Below, in pieces: positions 11,975-22,265 of a stretch of DNA of 64,000 bases; position 1 is the first letter of the stretch; each line of letters opens with the position of its first letter. The notes beneath the pieces were generated by a model that searched no databases, had not been told where the DNA came from, and worked only from the letters and a program-made list of their open reading frames with translations. A program made the position numbers and the translations under genes. Source of the DNA: Candidatus Omnitrophota bacterium (GTDB lineage Bacteria > Omnitrophota > Omnitrophia > Omnitrophales > Aquincolibacteriaceae); assembly GCA_043821445.1 (NCBI GenBank), contig JBDRCT010000003.1:5440-69439 (forward strand), in the 5' to 3' direction.

Positions 11975-14440
11975 CTACGTCGCTTTTTCAAAAGAGATCC
12001 TTTCCCCACGGATCTCCGCTATGATCTTATCACCCTCTTCGAACTTCCCGCCAAGGATCTCTTCAGCCAACACATTTTCAATATAACGCTGGATCGTCCT
12101 TTTAAGAGGGCGGGCCCCGAACACCGGATCATACCCCTGATCGATCAAGAACTTCAGAACCTCGTCGGAAAGGATCAGCTCCATTTTCTTGTCCTTGAGA
12201 CGATCATGCACTTCCTTGAGCTCGATATGAATGATCTGCTCCAGATCCTGGCGCGTCAACGGATGAAAAACGATCGTGTCATCGACGCGGTTCAGGAATT
12301 CCGGTCGGAAAACTTTTTTGGTTTCATCCAGAAGCTTTTGCTTCAATCCTTCGTAATCCATTTCGTCTTTTTTGGGCGCAAATCCGAGATCGCCTTGTTT
12401 CCGGATAAGATCCGCCCCGACATTCGAGGTCATGATCAAAATGGTATTTCGGAAATCCACCTTGCGACCGAAAGAATCCGTCAAACGCCCCTCTTCCATG
12501 AGCTGGAGAAGGATATTGAAAACATCCGGATGTGCCTTCTCGATCTCATCCAGGAGCACCACCGAATACGGACGCCGACGCACCTTCTCCGTCAGTTGCC
12601 CGCCCTCTTCATAGCCCACATACCCTGGAGGCGCCCCCACGAGACGCGAAACGTTGAATTTTTCTCCATACTCGGAGCAATCCACCACGACCACCGCATC
12701 TTGATCCCCGAACATGAAATCCGCAAGCGCACGGGCGAGAAGCGTCTTGCCGACACCGGTCGGGCCCAAAAAAATAAATGATCCTATGGGCCTACGAGGG
12801 TTACGAAGCCCGGAACGGGACCGGCGTACCGCGTGCGATATCGCACGGATCGCTTCGTCCTGGCCGATGATCTTCCTATGAAGCTCGTCTTCCATTTTTA
12901 GAAGACGCGCCGTTTCTTTTTCTTCGAGACGTGAAAGAGGCACGCCGGTCCACTTGGAGACCACGAATGCGATGTCCTCTTCCGTCACCTGGACTTCAAC
13001 CTCGGATTTGGATTCCTTCCAGCTCTTTTTCATTTTCTGGAGTTCTTCCTTGGCCTTACGTTCATCATCCCGCATTTTTGCGGCTTTTTCGAAATCCTGG
13101 GCCTTGATCGAAGCCTCTTTCTCGCGCCGAAGGGACTCGATCTCGGTTTCAGCTTTTTTCAAGTCCTTGGGCATGGTCGTAACGGACAATCTCGCGCGCG
13201 AAGCTGCTTCATCGATAATATCGATCGCTTTGTCCGGAAGGAACCGGCCGGAAATGTAGCGATCGGAAAGTTTCGCCGCAGCCTCAAGCGCCTCGTCAAG
13301 GATCTTCACCCGGTGATGAGCTTCATATTTGTCACGCAATCCCCTCAAGATCAGGATCGTATCTTCCACGGACGGAGGTTCCACGACCACGGTTTGAAAA
13401 CGGCGGGCCAGAGCCGCATCCTTTTCAATGTATTTCCGATATTCGTCAAGTGTCGTCGCCCCGATACACTGGATCTCACCGCGGGAAAGAGAGGGCTTCA
13501 AGATATTCGAAGCATCGATCGCACCCTCGGCGCCTCCGGCGCCGACCAGGGTATGCAATTCATCAATAAAGATCATGACATTTTCTGTGCGACGGATCTC
13601 ATCCATCACAGCTTTGATACGCTCCTCGAATTGGCCACGGTATTTCGTCCCCGCCACCATTAACGCAAGATCGAGCACGACGATTCGCTTATCCGCCAGG
13701 ATCTCCGGCACATCGCCGCCGATGATCATCTGTGCAAGACCTTCCACGATCGCAGTCTTTCCGACCCCTGCTTCCCCCAAAAGCACGGGGTTATTTTTTG
13801 TGCGCCGCGCGAGGATCTGGATCACACGCTGGATCTCGTCTTGTCGGCCTACAACTGGATCGAGTTTCCCTTCTCGAGCGAGTTGTGAAAGATCGCGACC
13901 AAACGCGTCAAGCGCGGGCGTTTTTGTCTTGGACTTCCCACCGGGACCGCCACCGGGACCGCCCATAGCGGATGACGGCATTCCGGGTTCCGCGTTCGGC
14001 GTCGTGGAACCCAAAAGTTTGATTACCTCGGAACGCACCTTGTTGAGGTCAAGCCCCACGTTCATGAGCACATGGCTCGCCACGCCCTCACCCTCTTTGA
14101 TGAGACCTAGAAGCAAATGCTCGGTCCCGATATAGTTATGCCCGAGGCGACGCGCCTCATCCATCGCCAACTCGATTACTTTCTTGGCCTTGGGCGTGAA
14201 CGGGATGTCTCCGGAAACAATCGTGCTGGGTCCGAATTGGACAAGTTTTTCAACTTCCAAGCGGATGGTATCAAGCGACAGTCCGAGATTCTGGAGTACC
14301 GCCGCCGCAACACTTTCCCCTTCCTTGATGAGCCCGAGCAAAATATGCTCCGTCCCGATGTAATCGTGATTGAATCTTTTGGCTTCTTCCTTGGCGAGAA
14401 TGATGACCTTACGAGCTCTTTCCGTGAAACGATCGAACAT
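11975..14440 (-). CDS. clpC: ATP-dependent Clp protease ATP-binding subunit ClpC
   Basis: 821 aa. Duplicated Clp_N repeats ([13 protein letters not shown]..., [12 protein letters not shown]...). Two AAA+ modules (GEAGVGKT; GPTGVGKT). UVR-like linker. Follows mcsA-mcsB. Confidence 0.95.
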   Translation of the reverse strand: MFDRFTERARKVIILAKEEAKRFNHDYIGTEHILLGLIKEGESVAAAVLQNLGLSLDTIRLEVEKLVQFGPSTIVSGDIPFTPKAKKVIELAMDEARRLGHNYIGTEHLLLGLIKEGEGVASHVLMNVGLDLNKVRSEVIKLLGSTTPNAEPGMPSSAMGGPGGGPGGKSKTKTPALDAFGRDLSQLAREGKLDPVVGRQDEIQRVIQILARRTKNNPVLLGEAGVGKTAIVEGLAQMIIGGDVPEILADKRIVVLDLALMVAGTKYRGQFEERIKAVMDEIRRTENVMIFIDELHTLVGAGGAEGAIDASNILKPSLSRGEIQCIGATTLDEYRKYIEKDAALARRFQTVVVEPPSVEDTILILRGLRDKYEAHHRVKILDEALEAAAKLSDRYISGRFLPDKAIDIIDEAASRARLSVTTMPKDLKKAETEIESLRREKEASIKAQDFEKAAKMRDDERKAKEELQKMKKSWKESKSEVEVQVTEEDIAFVVSKWTGVPLSRLEEKETARLLKMEDELHRKIIGQDEAIRAISHAVRRSRSGLRNPRRPIGSFIFLGPTGVGKTLLARALADFMFGDQDAVVVVDCSEYGEKFNVSRLVGAPPGYVGYEEGGQLTEKVRRRPYSVVLLDEIEKAHPDVFNILLQLMEEGRLTDSFGRKVDFRNTILIMTSNVGADLIRKQGDLGFAPKKDEMDYEGLKQKLLDETKKVFRPEFLNRVDDTIVFHPLTRQDLEQIIHIELKEVHDRLKDKKMELILSDEVLKFLIDQGYDPVFGARPLKRTIQRYIENVLAEEILGGKFEEGDKIIAEIRGERISFEKAT

Positions 14441-14506
14441 GGTGAACCTCCAAATTAATTAAACCGTTGTAAGACTGACTATAATAACGGAGATTTATGC
14501 CATTCT

Positions 14507-15571
14507 CTAAAGAATGACTTTTGCAAAATATTCCCGAATACGAGAAGCACGACGGGCATCCCGCTCCGTGGCGCTAAGTTCTTTACCGCTCATCTTTTGA
14601 AGATGTGCCGGTTGAATCAAAAGAAAAAGCTGGTTCAAATCCGTGTGTGTCACCTGTTCTTCCAGGACCCCGACATCGATCCCGACCTGCACAAGTGACA
14701 AGAGCTGAATCGCCTCAGAGGAGGACATCATACGCGCGGACTTGAGCGTCGCCAGAGCCCGCCAAATCTGATCTTCCATTTTGCTTTTGCGTTTTTTCTT
14801 GAGATACTCCCGGGCCTCGCGTTCATGCGTGATCACCTGCCGAATGACGCCCTCAAGATTCGAAATGATCTCTTCTTCCGGCTGGCCCAATGTGATCTGG
14901 TTTGAAAATTGAAAAAAATTCCCACTCGCCTGTGTTCCTTCGCCGTAAAGTCCGCGCACTGCGAGATTAAGTTTTGAAAGAGCCTGCAACACTTTATGGA
15001 CCTGTTTGGTCAGAACAAGACTCGGCAGATGCAGCATACATGAGGCCCGGATGCCCGTTCCGACATTTGTCGGGCAAGCTGTCAAATACCCAAGCGTCCC
15101 GTCGAAGGCATAATCCAGGTCTTTTTCAAGTTCACTGTCGATCTCATCGGCAATACGCCAGGTTTCGACGAGATTGAGACCCGACTGGAACACCTGGAGC
15201 CGTAAATGGTCTTCTTCGATCATCATCAGACTCACCATTTCATCCGGCGTGATCGCGACCGCGCTTCTACCTTCTTCCAAAAAAAGCTCCCGGCTGACCA
15301 AATGGCGTTCGAGAAGAAATTTCCGGTCAAGTTCAGAAAGTTCCGTTGAAGAAATGAAGTAAACATTTTTAAGGAAATTCGATCTTTTGACCGCCTCTCC
15401 GACCTCTTGAATGATCGCAATGCGCTGCCCGCCCGCAAGGCGGCTTAAAAAAGGATATTTCGCGAGATTGCGCGCCATACGCAGGCGCGAGCTGATCACC
15501 ACGTCACTTTCAGGCCCCGTAGCGCGAAGCCAATTTACCGGCTGGTCAATAAAACGATCGATCTCATTCAT
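14507..15571 (-). CDS. mcsB: protein arginine kinase McsB
   Basis: Phosphagen-kinase active site CPTNVGTGIRAS. Plausible start is MNEIDRF at 15571; the tracked ORF extends further 5' into mcsA. Overlaps the mcsA stop by 8 nt. Confidence 0.85.
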   Translation of the reverse strand: MNEIDRFIDQPVNWLRATGPESDVVISSRLRMARNLAKYPFLSRLAGGQRIAIIQEVGEAVKRSNFLKNVYFISSTELSELDRKFLLERHLVSRELFLEEGRSAVAITPDEMVSLMMIEEDHLRLQVFQSGLNLVETWRIADEIDSELEKDLDYAFDGTLGYLTACPTNVGTGIRASCMLHLPSLVLTKQVHKVLQALSKLNLAVRGLYGEGTQASGNFFQFSNQITLGQPEEEIISNLEGVIRQVITHEREAREYLKKKRKSKMEDQIWRALATLKSARMMSSSEAIQLLSLVQVGIDVGVLEEQVTHTDLNQLFLLIQPAHLQKMSGKELSATERDARRASRIREYFAKVIL

Positions 15572-16085
15572 CTTTCGGTCTCTTTGCCTTTTTGAACTTG
15601 GCCAAAGCTTGTTTGATCTCGTCCCGCAAACGCGCCGCTTCCTCGAATGCTTCTTCTTGAATGCTTTTGCGGAGTTTTTCCTGTAGCTGGCGCAGGTCGT
15701 GGACGCTGCGCGTTTCCTTCGGAATACGGGATGGTTTTTTACCAACATGAGAACCTGAACGCTGGACCTGTTTGATGACGGTCGCAAGAGGTTTTTGAAA
15801 AGAAACATAGCATCCAGCGCAGCCGAGACGCCCGTTCTTGGCGAAATCCTCATAATTCATACCGCAATCTTTGCAGACAAGCGGTATTTTCTTGCCTAAA
15901 GCGTCTGGCGCCGTCTCAAGACCTGGCATACCGGCCAGCAGATCCCCAAAGTTGAAATAGGTCTTGAACTCCGTGCCTTTTTCTTCGGCGCACGCTTCGC
16001 AAATATGAACCTCGGCCATTTGGCCGTTGACGATCTCTGTCAGATGGATGGTCGCTTCTTTTGTACCGCAAATATTGCAGATCAT
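15564..16085 (-). CDS. mcsA: McsA (zinc-finger/UVR activator of McsB)
   Basis: Start MICNICGT...CEACAEEKG. Two CxxC pairs, second Cys cluster CKDCG...CAGCY, C-terminal UVR-like EEAARLRDEIK. Start ATG at 16085 is preceded by GGAG. Confidence 0.8.
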   Translation of the reverse strand: MICNICGTKEATIHLTEIVNGQMAEVHICEACAEEKGTEFKTYFNFGDLLAGMPGLETAPDALGKKIPLVCKDCGMNYEDFAKNGRLGCAGCYVSFQKPLATVIKQVQRSGSHVGKKPSRIPKETRSVHDLRQLQEKLRKSIQEEAFEEAARLRDEIKQALAKFKKAKRPKDE

Positions 16086-16113
16086 GATGGGCTGGCTCCG
16101 GACTCGCGAAGAA

Positions 16114-17040
16114 TCAAAGCGTGTAACGCACACCGTCTTTATGGGTCAGCGCATGAAAATCTTTGAGAAGCATATTCGTGATCTTCCCCGGCTTGCCCTC
16201 GCCGATCCCACGCCCGTCGATCTTCACGACCGGGATGACCTCCGCCGCTGTGCCGGTCAGGAATACCTCGTTCGCATTAAAAAGATCATGCCTCGTAATG
16301 ATACGTTCCTCAAAAGGCAACTTGATCCTTTCCGCGATCTCGAGAATAGCCTGGCGTGTGATGCCCCTGAGCGCTCCGAGATAAGTGGGTGGTGTGAGCA
16401 GGATATGGTCTTTTACCGTCTGCCCCTTACCTGTTTTTTTGATCATGAATACGTTGTCGCCGGTGCACTCCGTCACATAGCCCTGATGATTGAGCATGAG
16501 CGCTTCTATGCAGCCACCATTCTTGGCTTCGATCTTCGCCATGATATTGTTGAGATAGTTCAGGCTCTTGATCGAGGGGTTTACGGCTTCCGGAAGATTC
16601 CGCACCGTCGGCACGGTAATGATTTCCAGTCCTTTTTGATAAAGGACCTTGGGATAAAGTGCAATTTTATCCGTAATAATGAAGACCGTGGCCTTTTTGC
16701 AAAGCCAGGGCGAAAGCCCGAGATCCCCTACTCCGCGTGTCACCGCCACGCGAATATAAGCATCCATCAACCCATTCTTCTTGAGCGTTGAAAGGATCGC
16801 GGCTTTCATAGCCTTCTCGTCCATGGGGATCGTGAGCATCAGGGTATGCGCCGATTCCCAAAGCCGTTTCAAATGTTCATCCAGTTTAAAAACAAGTCCG
16901 TTATACGCACGTATCCCTTCAAAGACACCATCGCCGTACAAAAGTCCGTGATCAAAGATCGAGATCTTCGCTTCGCTTTTGGGATACCATTTGCCATCGA
17001 TATAAATCTGAAGTTCCATTTTCTTCTCCTGGGTTCTCAC
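16114..17040 (-). CDS. ilvE: branched-chain amino acid aminotransferase (PLP fold type IV)
   Basis: 308 aa. LLYGDGVFEGIRAY and EVFLTGTAAEVIPV motifs. Confidence 0.85.
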   Translation of the reverse strand: MRTQEKKMELQIYIDGKWYPKSEAKISIFDHGLLYGDGVFEGIRAYNGLVFKLDEHLKRLWESAHTLMLTIPMDEKAMKAAILSTLKKNGLMDAYIRVAVTRGVGDLGLSPWLCKKATVFIITDKIALYPKVLYQKGLEIITVPTVRNLPEAVNPSIKSLNYLNNIMAKIEAKNGGCIEALMLNHQGYVTECTGDNVFMIKKTGKGQTVKDHILLTPPTYLGALRGITRQAILEIAERIKLPFEERIITRHDLFNANEVFLTGTAAEVIPVVKIDGRGIGEGKPGKITNMLLKDFHALTHKDGVRYTL

Positions 17041-17775
17041 CTATAAAACAGGTTTATTGTTAATGATCGTTTCCGGGGCCGGAACCATCGACTGTCCGGG
17101 GACCAGGACCCCGTCCTGCAAACGATAGGAACGCTCACGCCTTGATGCCATCTCCTCATCGTGTGTCACGACCAGAAATGCCTGACCTTCCTGCCGATTA
17201 AGTTCATTCAAAAGCATCATCACCGAACTCGCGGTCTCAGGATCCAGATTCCCCGTGGGTTCATCACAAAGCACCACGGCCGGATGGTTTACAAGCGCCC
17301 GCGCGATCGCCACACGCTGCTGTTCACCACCGGAAAGTTCGGAGGGGTAATGGGTCCTGCGGTTCCAAAGACGCACGCGCTTCAGAACTTCCTTGACCCA
17401 CGGCTTATTGGGCTTCCCCGCGATCAGAGTCGGCAAAAGCACATTTTCAAAAACGGTCAATTCCGGAAGTAAATGATAGAACTGGAACACGAAACCCACT
17501 TGATGACTGCGCAGCCGCGCGAGTTCTTTTTCCGACATCTCGACCATATCCTTGCCTTCAAAGAAAATCTTCCCGTCAGTCGCCCGGTCCAAACCGCCAA
17601 GGATGTGCAGCAGGGTTGATTTTCCGCAACCCGACTTTCCGGTAATAAAAACCATCTCTCCCTTGCGAACGATCAATTGCACCGAGCGCAAGATCTGCAA
17701 GGTCCCGGCTGGCGTCTCGTAATTTTTACGGACATCGAATGCGCTTAGCAGGGGGGCTTCTACAATGTTACTCAT
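17041..17775 (-). CDS. lolD: LolD/MacB-type ABC transporter ATP-binding protein
   Basis: 244 aa. Walker A GKSGCGKSTL, signature LSGGEQQRVAIARAL, Walker B VLCDEPTGNLD. Confidence 0.8.
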   Translation of the reverse strand: MSNIVEAPLLSAFDVRKNYETPAGTLQILRSVQLIVRKGEMVFITGKSGCGKSTLLHILGGLDRATDGKIFFEGKDMVEMSEKELARLRSHQVGFVFQFYHLLPELTVFENVLLPTLIAGKPNKPWVKEVLKRVRLWNRRTHYPSELSGGEQQRVAIARALVNHPAVVLCDEPTGNLDPETASSVMMLLNELNRQEGQAFLVVTHDEEMASRRERSYRLQDGVLVPGQSMVPAPETIINNKPVL

Positions 17776-19075
17776 AGCGGAGCGCCTCCACGGGATTGAG
17801 GTTCGCCGCCCGGTGTGCCGGGTAAAAACCCGCCACCACCGCCACGATCAGCGCGAAACCGATGATGGTCAAAACATCCGGCATATGCACCTCGGATGGG
17901 ATACGGTCGAAAAGATAGATATCGCTCGGGAACACTTCAAGCCCAGTGGTTTTTTTAAGGAAATCCGCCACGGGGTTCAGATTGTACGCAAGGGCAAGCC
18001 CCATCACCGCCCCGAGCATGATCCCCAGAGATCCGATACTGAATCCTTCCATGACGAAGATCTTGCGAATGCTCATGCGTGTCGCACCTAGCGCCCGGAG
18101 GATCCCGATATCCTTGGTCTTTTCCATCACGACCATGGTGAGCGTTGAAATGATATTGAACGCCGCCACCAGGATAATGAGCCCGAGGAGGATCGTCATC
18201 ACGCTCTTTTCGACCTTGAGCGCCTGAAAGAAATTCTGGTTCATGTCATACCAGGAGCGGAAAAAATACTGATTTGAAAAATCCCCCGCGATCACCCACT
18301 TCCATTTCTCCGCATCGTCCACGTTCTTAAAGCGCATGCTGATCCCGGTAACCTTGGAGCCCATCTGATAGACCTTTTGCGCCTGCTCGATAGAGACAAG
18401 TGCAAGCGATGTGTCAAAATCGTTCATTCCTACGCGATAGATCCCGCGTACCAGGAAGGGCCAGGTCCGCACATGCATCGGGAGCGGAACGAACGGGTTC
18501 TCTGGCTCCGGAATGGGTGTGATCATATAGATCACGTCCCCCACTTGCGCGCCGAGCGAGGCCGCGAGATTTTCCCCGATAAAAACACTGCCGCGACGCG
18601 TTTCGATTTTACGTTTAAAGAACCAAAGGAACCGCTTACGCTCAATTTGAACGGAATCCTTAAAATTCAAAGTCCCGGACACCATGTTCTTCTCAAAGAT
18701 GCTCAGATCTTCTGCCTCTGGATCGATCCCCTTAACGACAACTCCGGTGGCATTCTTAGTGTTCCTGAGAATGGCTTGCCCCTCGACGAATCTTGATGCG
18801 GAGACAAGTCCCGGAATGTTATGCCTTCGGATCATGGCAAGATCACGATCCGCATCCTCGATCCCGTCCACTTTTTCGATCTTCAAGTGCGGCTGAACAC
18901 CCACGATCTTGTTTTTCAGCTCACGGTCAAACCCGCTCATCACCGCAAGCACCACGATCAGGGCCATGACCCCAATCGCCACTCCGCCAACCGAGATCAT
19001 AGAGATAAGTGAGATAAAACCCGTCTTGCGCCGCCGCGTCAGATGTCTTCCTGCGATAAAAGTTTCAAATCCCAT
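17768..19075 (-). CDS. LolC/LolE-family (FtsX/MacB-like) ABC permease
   Basis: 435 aa. N-terminal TM, large periplasmic MacB-PCD-like domain, three C-terminal FtsX-type TMs. Overlaps the lolD-like gene by 8 nt. Confidence 0.75.
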   Translation of the reverse strand: MGFETFIAGRHLTRRRKTGFISLISMISVGGVAIGVMALIVVLAVMSGFDRELKNKIVGVQPHLKIEKVDGIEDADRDLAMIRRHNIPGLVSASRFVEGQAILRNTKNATGVVVKGIDPEAEDLSIFEKNMVSGTLNFKDSVQIERKRFLWFFKRKIETRRGSVFIGENLAASLGAQVGDVIYMITPIPEPENPFVPLPMHVRTWPFLVRGIYRVGMNDFDTSLALVSIEQAQKVYQMGSKVTGISMRFKNVDDAEKWKWVIAGDFSNQYFFRSWYDMNQNFFQALKVEKSVMTILLGLIILVAAFNIISTLTMVVMEKTKDIGILRALGATRMSIRKIFVMEGFSIGSLGIMLGAVMGLALAYNLNPVADFLKKTTGLEVFPSDIYLFDRIPSEVHMPDVLTIIGFALIVAVVAGFYPAHRAANLNPVEALRYE

Positions 19076-19090
19076 GTGTTCCTTTCACCC

Positions 19091-19132
19091 TCATTACACA
19101 CCGGGTCTGGCATGCCAGACCCGGTGTGTAAT
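19091..19132. repeat. 42-bp perfect palindrome (19-bp GC-rich stem, 4-nt loop) between lysS 3' end and the lolC-like start
   Basis: cattacacaccgggtctgg catg ccagacccggtgtgtaatg is exactly self-complementary. No U-tract follows on either strand. Confidence 0.8.
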
Positions 19133-19137
19133 GGGTA

Positions 19138-20529
19138 TCATTCTATCACTTCAGTCGCTTTTTTTTCCGGTTTCAACTGAGGAAATAGGATCACGTCGCG
19201 GATGGAAGCTTGATTGGTAAGAAGCATGACCAGGCGATCAATTCCGATCCCAAGTCCACCGGCAGGCGGCATCCCGTATTCAAGCGCCATCAAGAAGTCT
19301 TCATCGACCTTTTTTGACTCTCCGATAAGCTCTTTTTGTTCCATGAGACGCTCGCGCTGAATCGAAGGATCGTTTAACTCAGAAAAGGCGTTGGCGATCT
19401 CCATCTTCGCGACAAAAAGTTCGAATCGGTATACCAACTCCGGATCCTCGGTCTTGGCCTTCGCCAGAGGGGTCATGACCGTCGGGTAATCAATCACAAA
19501 AACAGGGTCCCAAAAATCCTTCTCGACCTTCTCCCCGAAGATCTCGTTTAAAATATCAATATCGTCCATATTGTCAGTCACTTCGACGTGAAGTTTCTTC
19601 GCCGCTTCGCGCACATTCACCTTGCGGAAGTCCATGCCGGTCGCTTTTTCAAGCGCGCCATAAAAGGAAATGCGCTCCCAGGGCCGTTTAAAGTTCAAAG
19701 TTTTGTCGCCATACGGGATCTCATCTTTTCCGTAGAGCGTCGTCACAAGGTAATGCGTCAGTTCTTCCGTGATATTCATCATGTCCTCGTAATCCGCATA
19801 CGCCTGGTAAAGTTCCAGCATTGTAAATTCCGGATTATGACGGACGGAGATGCCTTCGTTTCTAAAATTGCGGTTGATCTCATAGACTTTTTCAAAACCG
19901 CCCACGAGAAGTCGCTTGAGATAAAGCTCCGGCGCCACGCGAAGGAAAAGATCGGTGTGGAGCGTGTGATGATGCGTGACAAAGGGCTTTGCCCTGGCAC
20001 CGCCGGCCAGGGGCTGCATCATGGGCGTTTCCACTTCCATGAAATCTTTTTTGTCGAGAAACGCGCGGATCTCGCGAATAATGCGACTACGCGCTTTAAA
20101 GGTCGCTCTCACCTCATCATTCGAGATCAGGTCGACATAACGGTGGCGGTAGCGGGTCTCCACATCCTTCAGGCCATGCCACTTCTCAGGTAATGTGCGG
20201 ACTATTTTGGAAAGGCGCTCGAATTTCTCAACTTTGATCGTGGGCTCCCCCGTCTTGGACTTAAAGAGTTCTCCCTCGAGCCCGAGGATGTCCCCCAGTG
20301 AAAGCCCCGTAAAGAACTTATAGCTCTCTTCGCCAAGTATATCCTGTTTGGCGTAGATCTGCATGCGTCCGCCCTCGTCTTTTAAGTCCGCAAACGCGCT
20401 TTTTCCCATATCACGACGGGTCATAAGACGTCCTGCCACACGTACTCTTCGCCCCTCCCGGAAATTCGCCAGGATCTCCACGAGAGAATCCTTGGGGAGA
20501 AATCTTTGCCCGTAATCCGTTATGCTCAT
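19138..20529 (-). CDS. lysS: lysyl-tRNA synthetase (class II)
   Basis: 463 aa. N-terminal OB anticodon-binding domain. Class II motifs (FRNEGIS..., GGLGIGIDRLVMLL). Confidence 0.9.
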   Translation of the reverse strand: MSITDYGQRFLPKDSLVEILANFREGRRVRVAGRLMTRRDMGKSAFADLKDEGGRMQIYAKQDILGEESYKFFTGLSLGDILGLEGELFKSKTGEPTIKVEKFERLSKIVRTLPEKWHGLKDVETRYRHRYVDLISNDEVRATFKARSRIIREIRAFLDKKDFMEVETPMMQPLAGGARAKPFVTHHHTLHTDLFLRVAPELYLKRLLVGGFEKVYEINRNFRNEGISVRHNPEFTMLELYQAYADYEDMMNITEELTHYLVTTLYGKDEIPYGDKTLNFKRPWERISFYGALEKATGMDFRKVNVREAAKKLHVEVTDNMDDIDILNEIFGEKVEKDFWDPVFVIDYPTVMTPLAKAKTEDPELVYRFELFVAKMEIANAFSELNDPSIQRERLMEQKELIGESKKVDEDFLMALEYGMPPAGGLGIGIDRLVMLLTNQASIRDVILFPQLKPEKKATEVIE

Positions 20530-20672
20530 TTAGACTTATCCTTATTCCTTGATGCAGAATGATTTAAGACGATTTAAGACGTTATTATATGTTAGTTTCC
20601 AGACGGGGTCAATTGACGGATAACCTCTATTTACCTTGACCCTCTTTCTCCATTTGCTATGATTCCACTCCT

Positions 20673-21830
20673 ATGGAATTCATCGCAAATGCCACGTTAT
20701 TTCTCCTCCTTTTCATCCTGGCAGGCTGGATCTATCGCAGCTGGCGATCGTTATCCGAATTGAAGCAAGCACCCATCTTGAAGCTCACGGGGTTTGCATC
20801 CCGTCAAGGAAAAGTTTCGATCCTTATTCCCGTTAAGAATGAAGAGAAAAATATCAAGGATTGCGTCCAACCTCTTCTCGCCCAACTTCGTGAGGGCGAT
20901 GAGATCCTTGTCGTCAATAACTGTTCCGTGGACAGAACAGAAGCGATCCTTAAGAAGCTGGGGGCCATTGAGATCCGATCCGAAGATCTAGCTGGAAATT
21001 CACGCGCAAAGTTCAAATACCTTAACACCCCCTCCACTCCAGGGGGATGGACGGGCAAGAATTTCGCCCTTTACCTCGGGATCGAACATGCGGCAGGCGA
21101 CTGGTTGCTTTTCACTGACGCGGATACTTGCCACGAACCCGGGAGCCTCAACGCCACCCTTTCCTTTGCAGAAGAACGGAAGCTCGACCTCTTAACACTC
21201 CTGCCTCGTTGCCTCGCCCACGGCTTTTGGGAAGAGGTGATCCAACCCTGCGCAATGGGCTACATGGGACTTTGGTTCCCCGTCCAAAAGATCAATGATC
21301 CAAGATCCAAGGTTTATTTCGGGAATGGACAATACTTGCTCGTACGTGCGGAACATCACCGGAAGATCGGCGGACACGAGGGCGTAAAGGAAGCCTTTCT
21401 TGAAGACTTTGCGTTGATGAAAAAGACAAAAGAAACGGGAGCCCGCGGGATGTGCGCTTTCGGAATGGAGATCTACGGCACAAGAATGTATGAATCGCTT
21501 GACGCAATCTGGCGAGGCTGGCGCCGGATCTTCCTTCACGCATTCGAACAAAAACCGGAACTGATCTTGAAATACGGCCTGAGCGTTTTTTTCTTTTCAG
21601 TTTTCCCTTTTATAGCGCTCGTCATACTCCCTAGATCTTTCTCCGCCTCTCTGCTTCTTTGCGTCTTGATCCTGGGCATAACTCTCGCGACCGCCTTCAA
21701 GGCCTACGCCATCGTCAAAGCTAGAAGGCGTTATGCCTTCCTACATCCACTCGCGGCACTGGTCTTCACGGCCATTCTCCTCGACGCCTTTCAAATGGCC
21801 CTTCTCAAACGCCAAACCCACTGGCGTTAA
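20673..21830 (+). CDS. family 2 glycosyltransferase, polytopic membrane protein
   Basis: 385 aa. N-terminal TM, GT-A domain (ILIPVKNEEKNI...VVNNCSVDRTEAI, TDADT DxD-like), three or four C-terminal TM helices. The only plus-strand gene; divergent from lysS. Confidence 0.75.
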   Translation: MEFIANATLFLLLFILAGWIYRSWRSLSELKQAPILKLTGFASRQGKVSILIPVKNEEKNIKDCVQPLLAQLREGDEILVVNNCSVDRTEAILKKLGAIEIRSEDLAGNSRAKFKYLNTPSTPGGWTGKNFALYLGIEHAAGDWLLFTDADTCHEPGSLNATLSFAEERKLDLLTLLPRCLAHGFWEEVIQPCAMGYMGLWFPVQKINDPRSKVYFGNGQYLLVRAEHHRKIGGHEGVKEAFLEDFALMKKTKETGARGMCAFGMEIYGTRMYESLDAIWRGWRRIFLHAFEQKPELILKYGLSVFFFSVFPFIALVILPRSFSASLLLCVLILGITLATAFKAYAIVKARRRYAFLHPLAALVFTAILLDAFQMALLKRQTHWR

Positions 21831-21840
21831 CACAAAAAAA

Positions 21841-21872
21841 GCGTTATCTTGAATTTTTGCCCAAGATAACGC
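21841..21872. terminator. bidirectional intrinsic terminator between convergent GT2 and small secreted protein genes
   Basis: 11-bp stem gcgttatcttg / caagataacgc with a 10-nt loop. Preceded by A7 on the plus strand, which reads as U7 on the minus-strand transcript. Confidence 0.7.
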
Positions 21873-21892
21873 CTTTGTGAAATAAGCGGGTC

Positions 21893-22219
21893 TTAGCGAG
21901 AACTACCCTTGTTCGCCTTGCAATTCTTAGAACTCGACTTTCCGCTTTTTTTGGAGGAAAATTTTTCGGTGGAATTCTTTTTTGTTTTTTCCTTTTTCGG
22001 CTTCTCTGTTTTTATTTCACTAGCTTTTGCCCCCGTAACATTCACCCCATCATTCGCTTGGCCGGTCGTTGCATTGCTCACGGAAGTTTCTTCCGTGACG
22101 GTCGCCTGAGAATCCACAGGGACCATCGGATCCAGGTCCTGGGAGATCTCCGCCTGGGCTCCGGGAACACACAAATTCAATAACATCAAAACCAACATCA
22201 CAATGACCATCTTTTTCAT
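21893..22219 (-). CDS. small secreted Lys/Ser-rich protein (hypothetical)
   Basis: 108 aa. Sec signal peptide MKKMVIVMLVLMLLNLCVPGAQA, then a low-complexity K/S/T-rich tail. Last gene of the lipid operon. Confidence 0.5.
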   Translation of the reverse strand: MKKMVIVMLVLMLLNLCVPGAQAEISQDLDPMVPVDSQATVTEETSVSNATTGQANDGVNVTGAKASEIKTEKPKKEKTKKNSTEKFSSKKSGKSSSKNCKANKGSSR

Positions 22220-22265
22220 TCAAGAATCTCCGTGGATTTGTTGGAGAACGTTCGCGCTGGTCTTT

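Noticed and set aside
15572-15853. 5' extension of the mcsB ORF (tracked ORF starts at 15853, 448 aa).
   Set aside because: The extension overlaps mcsA in another frame and is highly basic and non-conserved. McsB homology begins at MNEIDRF (ATG 15571), giving the expected ~355 aa.
16086-16200. Looked for a CtsR operator (tandem GGTCAAA heptads) upstream of mcsA.
   Set aside because: No TTTGACC/GGTCAAA repeat is present and no ctsR gene precedes mcsA. The operon is probably regulated differently.
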